Origin: Selaginella moellendorffii
Taxonomy: Eukaryota > Plantae > Lycopodiophyta
Length of the DNA: 64,000 nucleotides
NCBI RefSeq assembly: GCF_000143415.4
Contig: NW_003314372.1
Location: forward strand, 250,821-314,820
Reading direction: 5' to 3'
Shown: piece after piece, positions 13,321-24,987 of the stretch
Numbering within the stretch: position 1 is the stretch's first letter
How the letters are laid out: each line of letters begins with the position of its first letter
Made by a program: the position numbers and the translations under genes
The notes under the pieces: model-generated
The model's database searches: none
The model's input: only the letters and a program-made list of their open reading frames with translations
What the model was told of the DNA's origin: nothing

Positions 13321-13949
13321 CCACCAAGCAGGGTTGACCAGTGGCTCAACCAGCCCCTATTTTTCAATGCACTATTCAAAGTGGAAGCTGTGACACTGGG
13401 ACGAGAGACACACCACACAATTTAGAGGAAAATGCATGCAATTGACTTCTGAACCATGAAACAATTGGCAGGAGTGATCAATAGGGATTGGTGGCAAACA
13501 GTGAGAAGGACTCAAGTTTTTGGACCTTGGAAGCGATGCAACATCCTACTGGATGTTCTGCAACTCCTTCGAGTGGTGAATGACACGAAAGCAGGGACAA
13601 AGTGGCCGAGAAGATGCCTTAAAGCAGGAGACTTTGTGGCAATCCAGTGACAAATAGAGTGGGAGGAGCATGATGTAGTGCACCGTCCATTGGGGATGTG
13701 GACTCGTGCGTTCACTGCACCTACACCAGCATGGTAAGAAGGAAACGTTGAGGTGTGGTTTGTCGCTGAACCAAAGTGCAACATAGGATGCCCCTTTTGC
13801 GTCATGGGAGGAGATATGCTTCTCCCGATAGGTGAGAGGCAAGTGATGTTGGACGTCATGGATGACGAGGTACGTGGGAAGATTCGTGTGCTTAGGCAGT
13901 TGCCCAAGAGGCTGGACGTGGTGGCCTACTGGAGGGTGACGAATCATTG

Positions 13950-15006
13950 TGTAAGGAACTAACTCTCCGAGATGCCGTAGGCTAAAGGATCCCCAAAAGC
14001 ATGACCAAAATGACAAAGAGTTCATCGGATGGGACTGAGTCGAAGATCGAGTCCAAGACCAACTTTGAGACCGAGTTCGAGATCGAGTCCGGGATCGAGT
14101 CCGAGGCCGAATCGGAGACCGAGTTCGAGACCAAGTTCGAGACCGAGCTCGAGACAGAGTTCGAGATCCAAATCGGGTCCGAGACCGAGTCTGAGGTCGA
14201 GTCCGAAGTTGAGTCCGAGATCGGGTCCGAGATTGAGCCTGAGATCGAGTCCGAGACTGAGTCCGAAGTCTGGTCCGAGATCGAGTCTGAGATCGAATCT
14301 GAGACTAAGTCCAGGAACCAGTCTTGAAGGAACTCTCCAGTGGTGCTTCCAAACTGACTTGAGGTTGAGACTAGGGCCGAGGGGCCTTGGGTGGGAGTGA
14401 GCATGGGCTTGGGTGGTGCTGGAGGGGCCACCCAAGGAAGTGCTCAAGAGTAGCTCCCACTCCCGAAAGGGAAACCGACTGCGGTGCTCCTGGCTCATGT
14501 GGAGTGGTGCCCCAGTTGAGTACCTTGTGGCTTATTGGTCCTCGCCCTTCCCAGGGGCTTGGGCCTTCCCTTCGGGATGGAACTGGGGGGGTAGAGGTAC
14601 CCATACCGAGCCGTTAAGCCATGGTGTTTTGGCCCAATGTCCCGAAGCAAGTGTTGCACCCAAGGCTTGGGATTTAGAGGGTCCCATGATCAAGTCTTGT
14701 TGTACCAAGGGGTGTTAGGAACTTGGAGGCTTGGTGTGCTTGGCTGCTTGTGCATGTGGGGAGGGTAGCTGAACCTTAAGTCCAGTCTAACCTAGGAAGG
14801 GGGATTGGGAGGGATTTGGGAATCCGTGGATGGAAGGCTAACTCTCCATTGTTTGTGCAGTGATTAGCTAAAACCAAGTAGGACCAAGTAGGAGCTAGTA
14901 CAATATGCGAGAACCTTAGCAAGGGAACTTAGCACAAGCCAAGGCAGTGTTGGTCGGATAGATGAGGTAAGCTGGAAAATTGGAAATGAAAAATTTGTGG
15001 CTTACA
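13950..15006 (+). mobile_element. Solo LTR related to family B
   Basis: TGTAAG...CTTACA termini, perfect TSD CATTG (13945-13949 / 15007-15011), GAGTCCGAGA repeat array. Confidence 0.9.
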
Positions 15007-15230
15007 CATTGATATAGTGATGACAGCAACTATTAGAAGATCTGGATTGGGACCTTGCTGCATGGCAACGAGGGACAAGAAGCTTTTTCTCCTGAAGTGC
15101 GCAATGGACTATTGACATCTCGAGAGGAGGCAAGAGAGGAGATTCCGAAGCTGTGGCAGAACTGTATATTATAGGGGGTTGATGCGGATCAAGTGGTGGA
15201 CAATATGATTCACTTCTGGAAGTTGCCTGT

Positions 15231-16249
15231 TGTCACAAATATGACTTTGGGTATCGAAAGTTACCTATCAGCTAGTCCTTTCAAATATTCTTTCCTTACT
15301 ATAATGATGGTAGGAGGTCGGTATTGTTGGATCCTTTATTAGTCTCCGCCTAAGCTAATTGAGAAACTAGTCATCACATGTGCACTTAGACCGGAAGGGC
15401 ACTAAGTAAGGAAATCCTAAATTGTCATTTGTCAAGTAGACTTGACACGGTGATGAGAAACTCATGATGTTGACTTGCACTTATTAGTGTTGGGAACCCC
15501 CGTGATGTTGAGTTTGGTCCCTCAATATTGCTAAATGATAGCTTATCGTGTATGCCAAACACCCTTGCTATCATGCTCTTTCAGTTAGTCTCATTTTGGT
15601 CCTAAATGCTATTTATGGAAAATGTCTAGATTTGCTTATTTGGTATATCTATGGAATATAGAGATTGGTCTGAATAAATAGTGTTTGTCCCATGTCCAAA
15701 TTTGCATTCTAGTGCCATTCCATATTTGGGGGGTTCTAAATTTATGCCAACCAACCAGAGTTATAGTCTAGTTCCTGCTTATGTGCCTGTCCTTGTTCTA
15801 TGTCTGATTTGGGTCTAAACCCAAGCTCCACACCATGCTAGCTAGTGGAGTACCCATGTTCTTGCGTTAGGCCACCGGTATGCTGAAATAGCACTAGACT
15901 CCATTTGGCTCTATTTTGCGTACTAGTCCTGGCATTGGGATGCTAGATACTCTAGGATTATTCTAAGTCACTTCGTGCTCTTGTCCCTTTGCTCCTTGGG
16001 CTATATGCTTGGGAATTGTTCCCTACTTCAGTGCTATTGCTCCTTTGCTCCATGCTTGGGAGTTTGACACCGTTTTTTCGTTTAGTGGCCCAAGGCCCTA
16101 AAACTTAGGTTCTGCACCACTATCATTTGGACACATGGCATGTGACATGTGGCATATGACACATCGCACATGGAGGGTTAAGGTTCTGCTTCGTGGTTAT
16201 CTTATGGTAAATCACCATAGGATAAAGGGTAAAGACCACATGTGCTACA
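15231..16249 (+). mobile_element. Solo LTR, family A
   Basis: TGTCAC...GCTACA termini; flanks cctgt/cccat are consistent with a deaminated CCCGT TSD; interrupts the LINE zf-RVT frame. Confidence 0.9.
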
Positions 16250-17101
16250 CCCATGCAGGAAAAAGTGAAAGTCACCTCGTGGTTGGTAGCGAACAATGGG
16301 CTCCTGGTTGGATAACGCTTCCAGGATGACACGAGTCACAGGTGCAGGGAGTGTGGCAAAATTGAGATGGTCAAGCATGCATTGTGGGAGTGTGATACTG
16401 CAAAGGAGGTGTGGTGCCAAATCATCAAGGTAGGGAAGGAGTTGAGAGTCATACAGGATTTTGAGGCCTGTAGTGGAGACATGCTCCAATGGTTCGAGGG
16501 AGCAAGGGGTCTTGCCTAGGGCCCAGCCCTGCGGCACATCAGGTGTAGAGGGTGGCATGGTTGGGGGATTTAGGTCTATTGGGATGTGACTGGGGTGGAG
16601 ATAGGAGTCCCCCTGTGGGAGGCTCTTGGCCATACTCAATGGGCGGTATGGTGGGCGATAGGAGTCCAAGCCTTGTGGGAAGCACATAATCGGGTGCATT
16701 TTGATGGAACACAGGTCAAGGTATCACAGGTAATGGCTGAGTGGTGGAGACTTACACTGGCAATAGTACGGCTTCACCATACTATCCTTCGAGACAAAGG
16801 GAAGCTAGAGAGGCTCAAGGAATGGCAAAAAGCATGGCTGCCATGTTTAGGTGAAGGCGACCATAGAGAGGTTCGTTGGAGATGGCACCCCCTAGAGTCG
16901 ATCTTGCAATCAGCACGAAGGGGGGACTTGGATCTAGATGTGATATGGTGGAGGTGACTGGAGCTGCTTCTACTTTAGGTCTAGTTTCACTTTGGATGAG
17001 GGAGCTGCCCACTAGGTAGCATGAGCTTTGGGTAGCATGCCCGGTTTTTGTATTAGTCCCTACGGGACATTGGACAATGTATATACATGTTTCATCAAAG
17101 T

Positions 17102-18182
17102 GGAAGTCCAACAAGTGTAATATGTTTTGACCAAAAGCTTCAACTTAGAAAGTCGAAAGTGGGAGTAGAACTCAAAACAAAGTGCTCAAGGAATGAGCAC
17201 AAAACAATCAGTGAATGAGTCTCTAAAAAAGGACATAAGAAGGATTGACACATGGATGTGTCAGGAACTAGTACAAAAAGGAGTTTCCAAAATGGAGTCC
17301 AAGAAGGAACTTGATATGAAGTCCAAGATGGAGTCCAATATAGAGTCTGATATGGACCTGAGATGGACCAAGATAGAGTCTGATATAGACCTGAGATGGA
17401 CTTGAGATGGAGTCTGAGATGGGGTTCGATATGGATCTGAGATAGAGTCCAAGATGGAGTCTAATATAGATCCAAGATGGCCTGAGATGGACCCAAGATG
17501 GACCCGAGATGGACCCGAGATAGAGTTCGAGATGGACCCAAGATTGAGTCTAATGTTGAGTCTGAGATGGAGTCCAAAGTAAAGGCTGAGATGGACTTAA
17601 GATGGAGTCCGAGGTTGAGGCTAAGAAAGAGGCCAAGATTGAGATTGAGACCGAGACTGAGACCAAGACCGAGACTGAGACCGAAACTGAGACCGAAACC
17701 TAGACTGAGTCCAAGACCAAATCTGAGACTGAGTCTAAGTCCGAATCCAAGGGTGAAAGCCCAAAGTGATTGTCTCCCAAACCCTAGGGGGTTTGGTGAG
17801 CTCCAAAAGTATAGTAGGGGGATGACTTTAGTGGAGCCAATTTAACTAGGAAAGACTATTGTGGCCAAGAAAAGTTATACCCACGTGTTGGGTGATGATA
17901 AAACCACTAAAGAGTCCAAGGCTAAAGTGAATACAGACAAATAAGTAAGTTAACTTGGTAAAGTGTTCAAGAGCCACCTTTATCTCCCTTGGGAGATTAA
18001 ACAGTCAATGCTCCCAATCTAAGTTGTGGGTGGCACTATCTACTTGGATACTTGGTGTGGCTCATCGGAACCTTGCTTTAGCCACAAGGCTAAGGCACCT
18101 AAGGATGGAATGTGGGGAGAGTATCAATGAGGCTCACGTAGGGCCACGGTGTTTCAAAATGTTATCCCAAAGTCCTAGAATG
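17102..18182 (+). mobile_element. Degenerate, truncated LTR family B copy
   Basis: Reverse complement of ~9100-10095 with many C>T/G>A changes; decayed GAGTCCGAGATG array. Confidence 0.8.
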
Positions 18183-19828
18183 GTTGGTTCTAATGAAAAA
18201 GGCAACATTAAAAGGTAATAAAAATAAAGAAGAAATAAGAGATTTCACCTCTTCCAACCATTGTATCCCACGAAAGGAAGTAATACATCTTGGCTTTGTA
18301 AATGGCACAACATAAAAGAAAATTCTTGCAAAGCCAATACTTAAATTCAATAATAATGGTGTCATGGGCAAGAAGATTGATTGTAGACCTTTCAAAAATA
18401 TAAAATTTTTATAGCCATTTTGATTACATGCTTCATTCATGCAATTTAAATGCCTACTATAATGAATTATAGATATTATTCCTTCAAAATACTAGAAGTG
18501 TGTGGTCTTGATCTTGGGTAGTTTTAGATCTCTATCCCTTTTCATTTGGAATTAATGCTATTGATAAAAGGTGGTATATCAAAAAAGATGTTGCTATTGT
18601 AGTAGAATGAAAGCTCACTTATGGGTATATATAAAAATAAGTGCATGGATTTGTGTGCATATAATAGACAGCAGCACATATGACAATACTATCATACTTA
18701 CACATATTAGATATGTTGTAATATTCAAATTCATTTGTACATTGTTATTATTCTTCTTATTGATCTCCTTAAATCGGTTCACTATAGATTTTTATAAATA
18801 ATATAAGGGGGATAAAGAACTCCAAAACCTATAAAGAAGGATAAAGAGATTTCTTTTACATTTTTTAAATCACCTACCGCTTTTGTTCTCTCAAAGTCAT
18901 ATTTCTAAAAAAAAATTATGTCGCCACTTTGATCTTTGTCTTGGCTTTATTTTGTTAGAGGCTATGATTCGCAACAACACCAGTATGGTTGCTATTCAAT
19001 ATTTCTTCTTTCTAGTGTGGGCAAAGGTGGACAATAATAAGATTTTCAAAATTCAAAATCCAAGGAAATTAGTTTTTAGATATCCAATCAAAGTGTTTCA
19101 GCCAAAATGAGTATGAAAAAAGAGTTAGTCATCATCCTCTCTTCCTCTTCCTATTTATATGGAAAAGTTATGCCAGTGTTAGCCCCTAATTCACTAGCTC
19201 CATCTTCAATAATATTCAAAGTTATTAGTAATGCTTTCCACTTTTCCCACTTCTTAGTCAACGAGAAAAGGTTTTTAGCACGTCAAGTTTGATTGTTAGT
19301 GATGATGTTAGTAATGATATTCTGCTTTGGCATAGAGATCCAAGATATCTGATTACATGTAAACTATTATTAGTTTGTCAAATCTTTAGTATTAGATGAT
19401 GTCAATAATGATAATTCTTTAATGATATAGTTTTGATTCTCAATATGACTTGAGTTTTATCCATATATGCAAATATTGCTCAATGACATTTAGCGCACAT
19501 GCCTATAATTTAGGTTTATACACAATACAAAACAAATTTATGGATGAGGATTCATCCATTCATAGATTAAAATAGTACAATATATTTAATATAATAATGC
19601 AACATGCCAGATTTATACTCTTTAAAGTTCTGTCATGAATCCAAAATATGTATGAAATCTTGTTGAAAATGCAGCCTTTCTATATAATTGCAAAAAGTAA
19701 TATTAATTCTCCAATAACTTAAACATTGAAAGGTGCTATATATACCATTATTTATAAATTTTAAAAAAATTCACATACAATATGAATGTATCTTATGTTA
19801 ATGATAAAATAAAATAGGGTATAGGCCA

Positions 19829-21805
19829 AGTAGTTTCTAGCCTAGAGGGGCTGAGGTTACTCAAATAACCTCCAGCCCCCGGGACTAGGAAACTACCAAA
19901 GGTTGAGCTCGGGCTCACTACCTTGGGCAGTTTCTACCCTCGAGGGGCCAAGGTTATTCAAATAACCTCTGGCCCTCGGGACCAAGAAATTGCCCGAGGT
20001 CGATCTTAGGCTCGCCACCTCGGGCAGTTTCTACCCTCGAGGGGCCGAGGTTATTCAAATAACCTCTGGCACTCAGGACCTGGAAATTGCCCGAGGTGGA
20101 GCTCGGGTTCGCCACCTCGGGCAGTTTCTGGCCTCGAGGGGCCGAGGTTATTCAAATAACCTCCGGCACTCGAGAGTTGGAAATTGCCCGAGGTGGAGCT
20201 TGGGCTCGCCACCTCGGGTAGTTTCTGGTCTCAAGGGGCCGAGGTTATTCAAATAACCTCCAGCACTCGGGAGTTGGAAATTGCCCGAGGTGGAGCTCAG
20301 CTTGCCACCTCGGGTAGTTTTTGCCCTCAAGGGGCCGAGGTTACTCAAATAACCTCCGGCCTCCAGGACTGGGAAATTGCCCAAGGTCAATCTCAGGCTC
20401 GCCACCTGGGGCAGTTTCTGCCCTCGAGAGGCCGAGATTATTCAAATAACCTCCGGCCTTTGGGACCTGGAAACTGCCCAAGGTCGAGCTCAGGCTTGCA
20501 AACTTGGGCAGTTTCTGCCCTTGAGGGGTCGAGGTTATTCAAATAACCTTTGGCACTCAGGACTTGGAAATTGCCTAAGGTTGAGCTCGGGCTTGCCACC
20601 TCGGGCAGTTTCTGGCCTCAAGGGGCCGAGGTTATTCATATAACTGCTGGCACTCGGGACTTATTTGAATAACCTCCAGCACCCAGGACCAGGAAAGTGC
20701 CCAAGGTGGAGCTCAGGCTCACGACCTCAAGCAGTTTCTGGCCTCGAGGGGCCAAGGTTATTCAAATAACCTCTGGCCCCCGGGACCTGGAAACTGCCTA
20801 AGGTCAAGCTCAAGCTCGCCACCTTGGGCAGTTTTTGGCCTCGGGGGCCGAGGTTATTCAAATAACCTCTGGCCCCCAGACCCCGAAACTGCACGAGGTC
20901 GAGCTCAAGCTCACCACCTCAGGCAGTTTCTAGCCTCAAGGGGCCTAGGTTATTCAAATAACCTCTTGCCCCCGGACCCGAAAACTGCTTGAGGTCGAGC
21001 TTGGACTTGCCACCTCCGGCAGTTTCTCACCTCAAGGGGCCTAGGTTATTTAAATAACCTCTGGCCCCCGGACCCCGAAACTGCCCGAGGTCAAGCTCGG
21101 GCTCGCCACCTCGGGCAGTTTCTGGCCTCAAGGGCCCCAAGTTATTCAAATAACCTCTAGCACCCAGGACCCCAAAACTGCCCAAGGTTGAGCTCGGGCT
21201 TGCCACCTCGGGCAGTTTCTAGCCTCAAGGGGCCCAAGTTATTCAAATAACCTCTGGTCCCCCAGACCTCAAAACTGCCCAAGGTTGAGCTTGGGCTAGC
21301 CACCTCGGGCAGTTTCTGGCCTTGAGGGGCCCAAGTTATTCAAATAACCTCCGACCCCCAGGATCCCAAAACTGCCCGAGGTTGAGCTCCAGCTTGCCAC
21401 CTCGAGCAGTTTCTGCCCTCGAGGGGCCGGGGTTATTCAACTAACCTCCAGCCCCCGCAACCCTGAAACTGCCCAAGGTCGAGCTTGGGCTTGCCACCTC
21501 AGGTAGTTTCTGGCCTCGAGGGGCCCAAGTTATTCAAATAACCTCTAGCTTCGGGATCCTAAAATTGCCCAAGATCAAGCTCAGGTTCACCATCTTGGGT
21601 AGTTTCTAGCCTTGAGGGGCCAAGGTTATTCAAATAACCTCCCCTTAGGACCTTGAAACTGGACAAGGTTGAGCTTAGGCTCACCACCTTGGGTAGTTTC
21701 TAGCCTTGAGCGGCTGAGGTTATTTAAATAACCTTTGGCCTTTGGGACCCCGAAACTGCCCAAGATTGAGCTTAGGCTTGCCACCTCAGGCAGTTTTTGA
21801 CCTCG
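19829..21805. repeat. Tandem satellite, ~96-97-bp unit, ~20 copies, each unit made of two inverted repeats
   Basis: Unit start GGGGCCGAGGTTATTC recurs at 20041 and 20138; arms GAGGTTATT/AATAACCTC and GAAACTGCCCGAGGT/ACCTCGGGCAGTTTC. Confidence 0.95.
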
Positions 21806-22339
21806 GATGAGCTTGTTAGTGCCATTGACATCATATCGAATCTTGTGGTTGAGTAGATTTCCAATACGTTCCTAGGGATTGATTTGAAACTCCATCAACA
21901 ATGCAAGTCTTACTTGAGCTCTATTACCTATTAGATAGTATTGTGATTGATTGCACAATAAATAATAGTTCTATGGTGGAGGTAGCATATGATTTTGGTA
22001 GATTAGTGTTTGCTATTGAAGAACATTATTTATTCAAACACTGGTTTAGAGTTACCTCTAATCTCAAGGAGGTAAATTATATTTATTAAGATTTCAATAC
22101 ATGTTTAGTTTGTTTTATATATCATAGTCATCTTGAGTTTTTAGAGTTGGAGGTTTTACAGATAGAAGAAAATTAAATGAATCTTTACTTGAGAAGAAAA
22201 TCCTGTCATATATCAAAATGTCAATAATAGTATGAAGTTTAGTTGTCAGGCATGCTCGGAGCTATTGACTAGACGTGTTGGTGAGCTTATTACGGTTGAG
22301 TTGGATTCGAGTGGTCATTTAGTTTGTGCTTAATATCAT

Positions 22340-22501
22340 TGTAGCACATGTGATCATGGGATGAGATTTGGATATACTGTCATCATGGATCCTTGGAACC
22401 TTGAGGGATAAATGGGGATAAAATAGCCACTAAGGGCTCTCTCATCAAGCAATTGCCCCTTTTCTAGTTGGCTTAATGGGAGAGAGATAAGGTGCGCTAC
22501 A
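22340..22501 (+). mobile_element. Solo LTR of the TRIM family
   Basis: 162 bp, near-identical to 10173-10334, perfect TSD ATCAT (22335-22339 / 22502-22506). Confidence 0.95.
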
Positions 22502-24987
22502 ATCATATTCCATAATTGCAAATTGGTATTCTCACATGCAACCATCAGTTTGTAATGGTTGTGTGTTGTCATCTCATCTTTCAATATTTTATCAACAATT
22601 ATATATAAAGTGATAATACCATTTATGTAGCAGTTGCAACAGTTCTCAAAAAAACTATAAAAGCCCATAAAAATGTCTTCACCTAAGAAAAAAAAGTATA
22701 TTAGGCATCTTAGAATCAAACTCTCAATTTGTTCACTAATTCCCATTAAATCAAGAGTCAGCTCTTCTATGGATTGGGTATAGTAGACTCCAACTTGAAG
22801 AAACTCCCCATCATTGACTTTGTCATCCACATCTAAAAAATGATATACTAGGTAGCAAGAGAGCTTACGTGTTTGCTTCTTTCAAGCCATTCCTAAATTG
22901 AACTCTTTACTTTTGATACCTTGTGTGTGTGTGTGTGTGAAGATAACCTAAAAAACCTATATTCTACACTAGCCAATCTATTGTTTCCCAAGGGGATATT
23001 GTTCTTCATCATGGAGCAATAGTGGGTTTGTGTCCATAACTTATTCTTGAATTTATTGTATATCTACTCTTTCTAAACCCATTGTTAAGCAATTGCTATA
23101 ATGCTCAAGAAAAGCTTGTAAATCCATTAAGACATTTGTTTTGTCCAAAGAAAAGTAGCATATTAGACATTGAATATAATAACATTTTGTGCCTTTAAGC
23201 AGTCTTGCTATACCAAGAGCAAGATCTTGCAAAAACATGTGGCACTACTCTTGAAATGTTTGAGGTAATCCCTCTTTAGTAACAATATTCAAAATTTTGT
23301 ATATAGAGAGTTCTAGTTCGACCCCCAATAGAAAGAAAATTGTAATGTGGTGTATAGTGAAGGTGAAATAGAATGTTGATAAACCTTAAGGATGGAGGTG
23401 GAGATTGATATAAGATGTTAGGGACCCAAGTACAAGTAGCAATGACTTTTCTTTGAGCCATTTCTATATTAAACTTTTTAACTTTCCAAAGAGCATAAGG
23501 ATAACAAAAATATTATAATAACTAACTTTTTTTGGCATTTATATATTAATTTTTAGTATTGGGAATGAGGTTTATTTACTATGACACTAATAATACTCTT
23601 GAAATTCTTGAAATGTCAATCTCAAAAATGAAATTTCATAATCATTGTCTACTTATGAATAAAAAAGCTTTTAGAATTCTAGATACACGTGCTAGAATGT
23701 TTATCATTCTAAACCATCTATATATATTCTTTTCTACACTTGTGCCAACTTTCAAGAAAAATACACAACAGGGAAATATAAACTATATTATAGTAGTAGA
23801 GTATGTAAGCACATAGGCCCATATACATTCTCTTATGTGAGATTACTTTCAATTTTGGAAATGTAGATAAACTTGATTCTTTAATGTGATGTCATTTTTG
23901 AGTCTTTTAAAAGCTTTTGATTTTCATTATTATTATTCACTTTTGAAAAATATTAGTGGGGATTCATCCCAAAAATATATCTTGGTCTTCTCATATAGGA
24001 GGATTGCACTATAAGCAGGCAGCTAGAGTTTTTTTATATAAATTAATATATAAATTACAAATGCTATACAAAGCTCTATAGAATAGATTTATTAATTTTT
24101 TTTCACTATATTCATTCTTTCATTTCTTTTGTTCTAGACTGTTGTTTTGGAAGTAACATGAGCATTTTTATCAAAATTGATAAAGATTTTTACATTCTCA
24201 GATGGGTAATAAGGATTAAGAGTGTAATTTGAAGATTGTGCGAAATTAATATTCTCACATTAATTTGCCCTATACTTAAGAACCCTAGAATGAATGAACA
24301 GTATGTAAATATATATTGCCTTGACCAATATACACTATTAATGGCTACCCTTCAAAAAGATTTATCTTGATTCATATTTAGGATTTTTTAACGAATTGTA
24401 AGAAAATCAAAATATAATAGTTGTAAAGATAATCTTTAGTAAAAGAATAAATAAATTCTCATGAACTTTATCTTTTCTAAATAACTCAATCTAGTAAAAA
24501 CTTTTGACCTAGGTATTTATATATTCTAATATTTTAAAGTTTATCAGAACTTTAATTTTTGGTTTGCTTAAGCAAACCTATAGGGGGATTGGATGGTAGT
24601 GAATATACCTAGAATATGCTTGGATATTCTAGGATATTCTACCATCTAACAGTTGGTATTTATTTAGATTAATCTGGTATTTATAATTTATAAACATGTT
24701 TATAATTTATAAACTTTCCTAAACACTTTCTAGTATATTCTTTTTTATTCTATCATCTAATGGTTGATATGCAATAAGATTAATCTTGTGTTTATAAATT
24801 ACAAACATGCTTATAATTATAAACTTTATTTGAACAATTAGATTAATAAATAATAATAAAACTACCATTAAGCAAACCAACCGTTGCTACATGCAACACG
24901 TAGCAATTTATTATTTTAACATATAATTAAACTCAACTCAACTTTGGACCATCCCCACAACTACTATACCATCACCTCCCATATGAC

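Larger units (their letters stand above)
13321..17100 (+). mobile_element. LINE 3' segment (post-RT region and zf-RVT CCHC), interrupted by two solo LTRs
   Basis: QWLNQPLFFN at ~13340; FWKLP | QEKVKVTSWLVANNGL..CRECGKIEMVKHALWEC across the 15231-16249 insertion; WWAIGVQALWEAHNRVHF. Confidence 0.85.

Noticed and set aside
7672-17845. Many ORFs with SD/ES/LG/PR dipeptide repeats (e.g. 9311-9904, 9328-9750, 14001-14327)
   Set aside because: They are translations of the stop-poor (GAGTCC)n / GAGTCCGAGATG array inside family B LTRs, open in several frames on both strands
18190-19820. Possible decayed DNA-transposon coding sequence
   Set aside because: Too degenerate; only a weak FFY.VPF-like hint, not enough to name a family
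19829-21805. CRISPR-like appearance (palindromic repeats at regular spacing) and ORFs 19990-20643
   Set aside because: The sequence between palindromes is itself repeated, so there are no unique spacers; eukaryotic context and no cas genes
22510-23500. Minus-strand ORFs 22354-22830 and 23053-23238
   Set aside because: AT-decayed, partly read through a solo LTR, no recognisable domain
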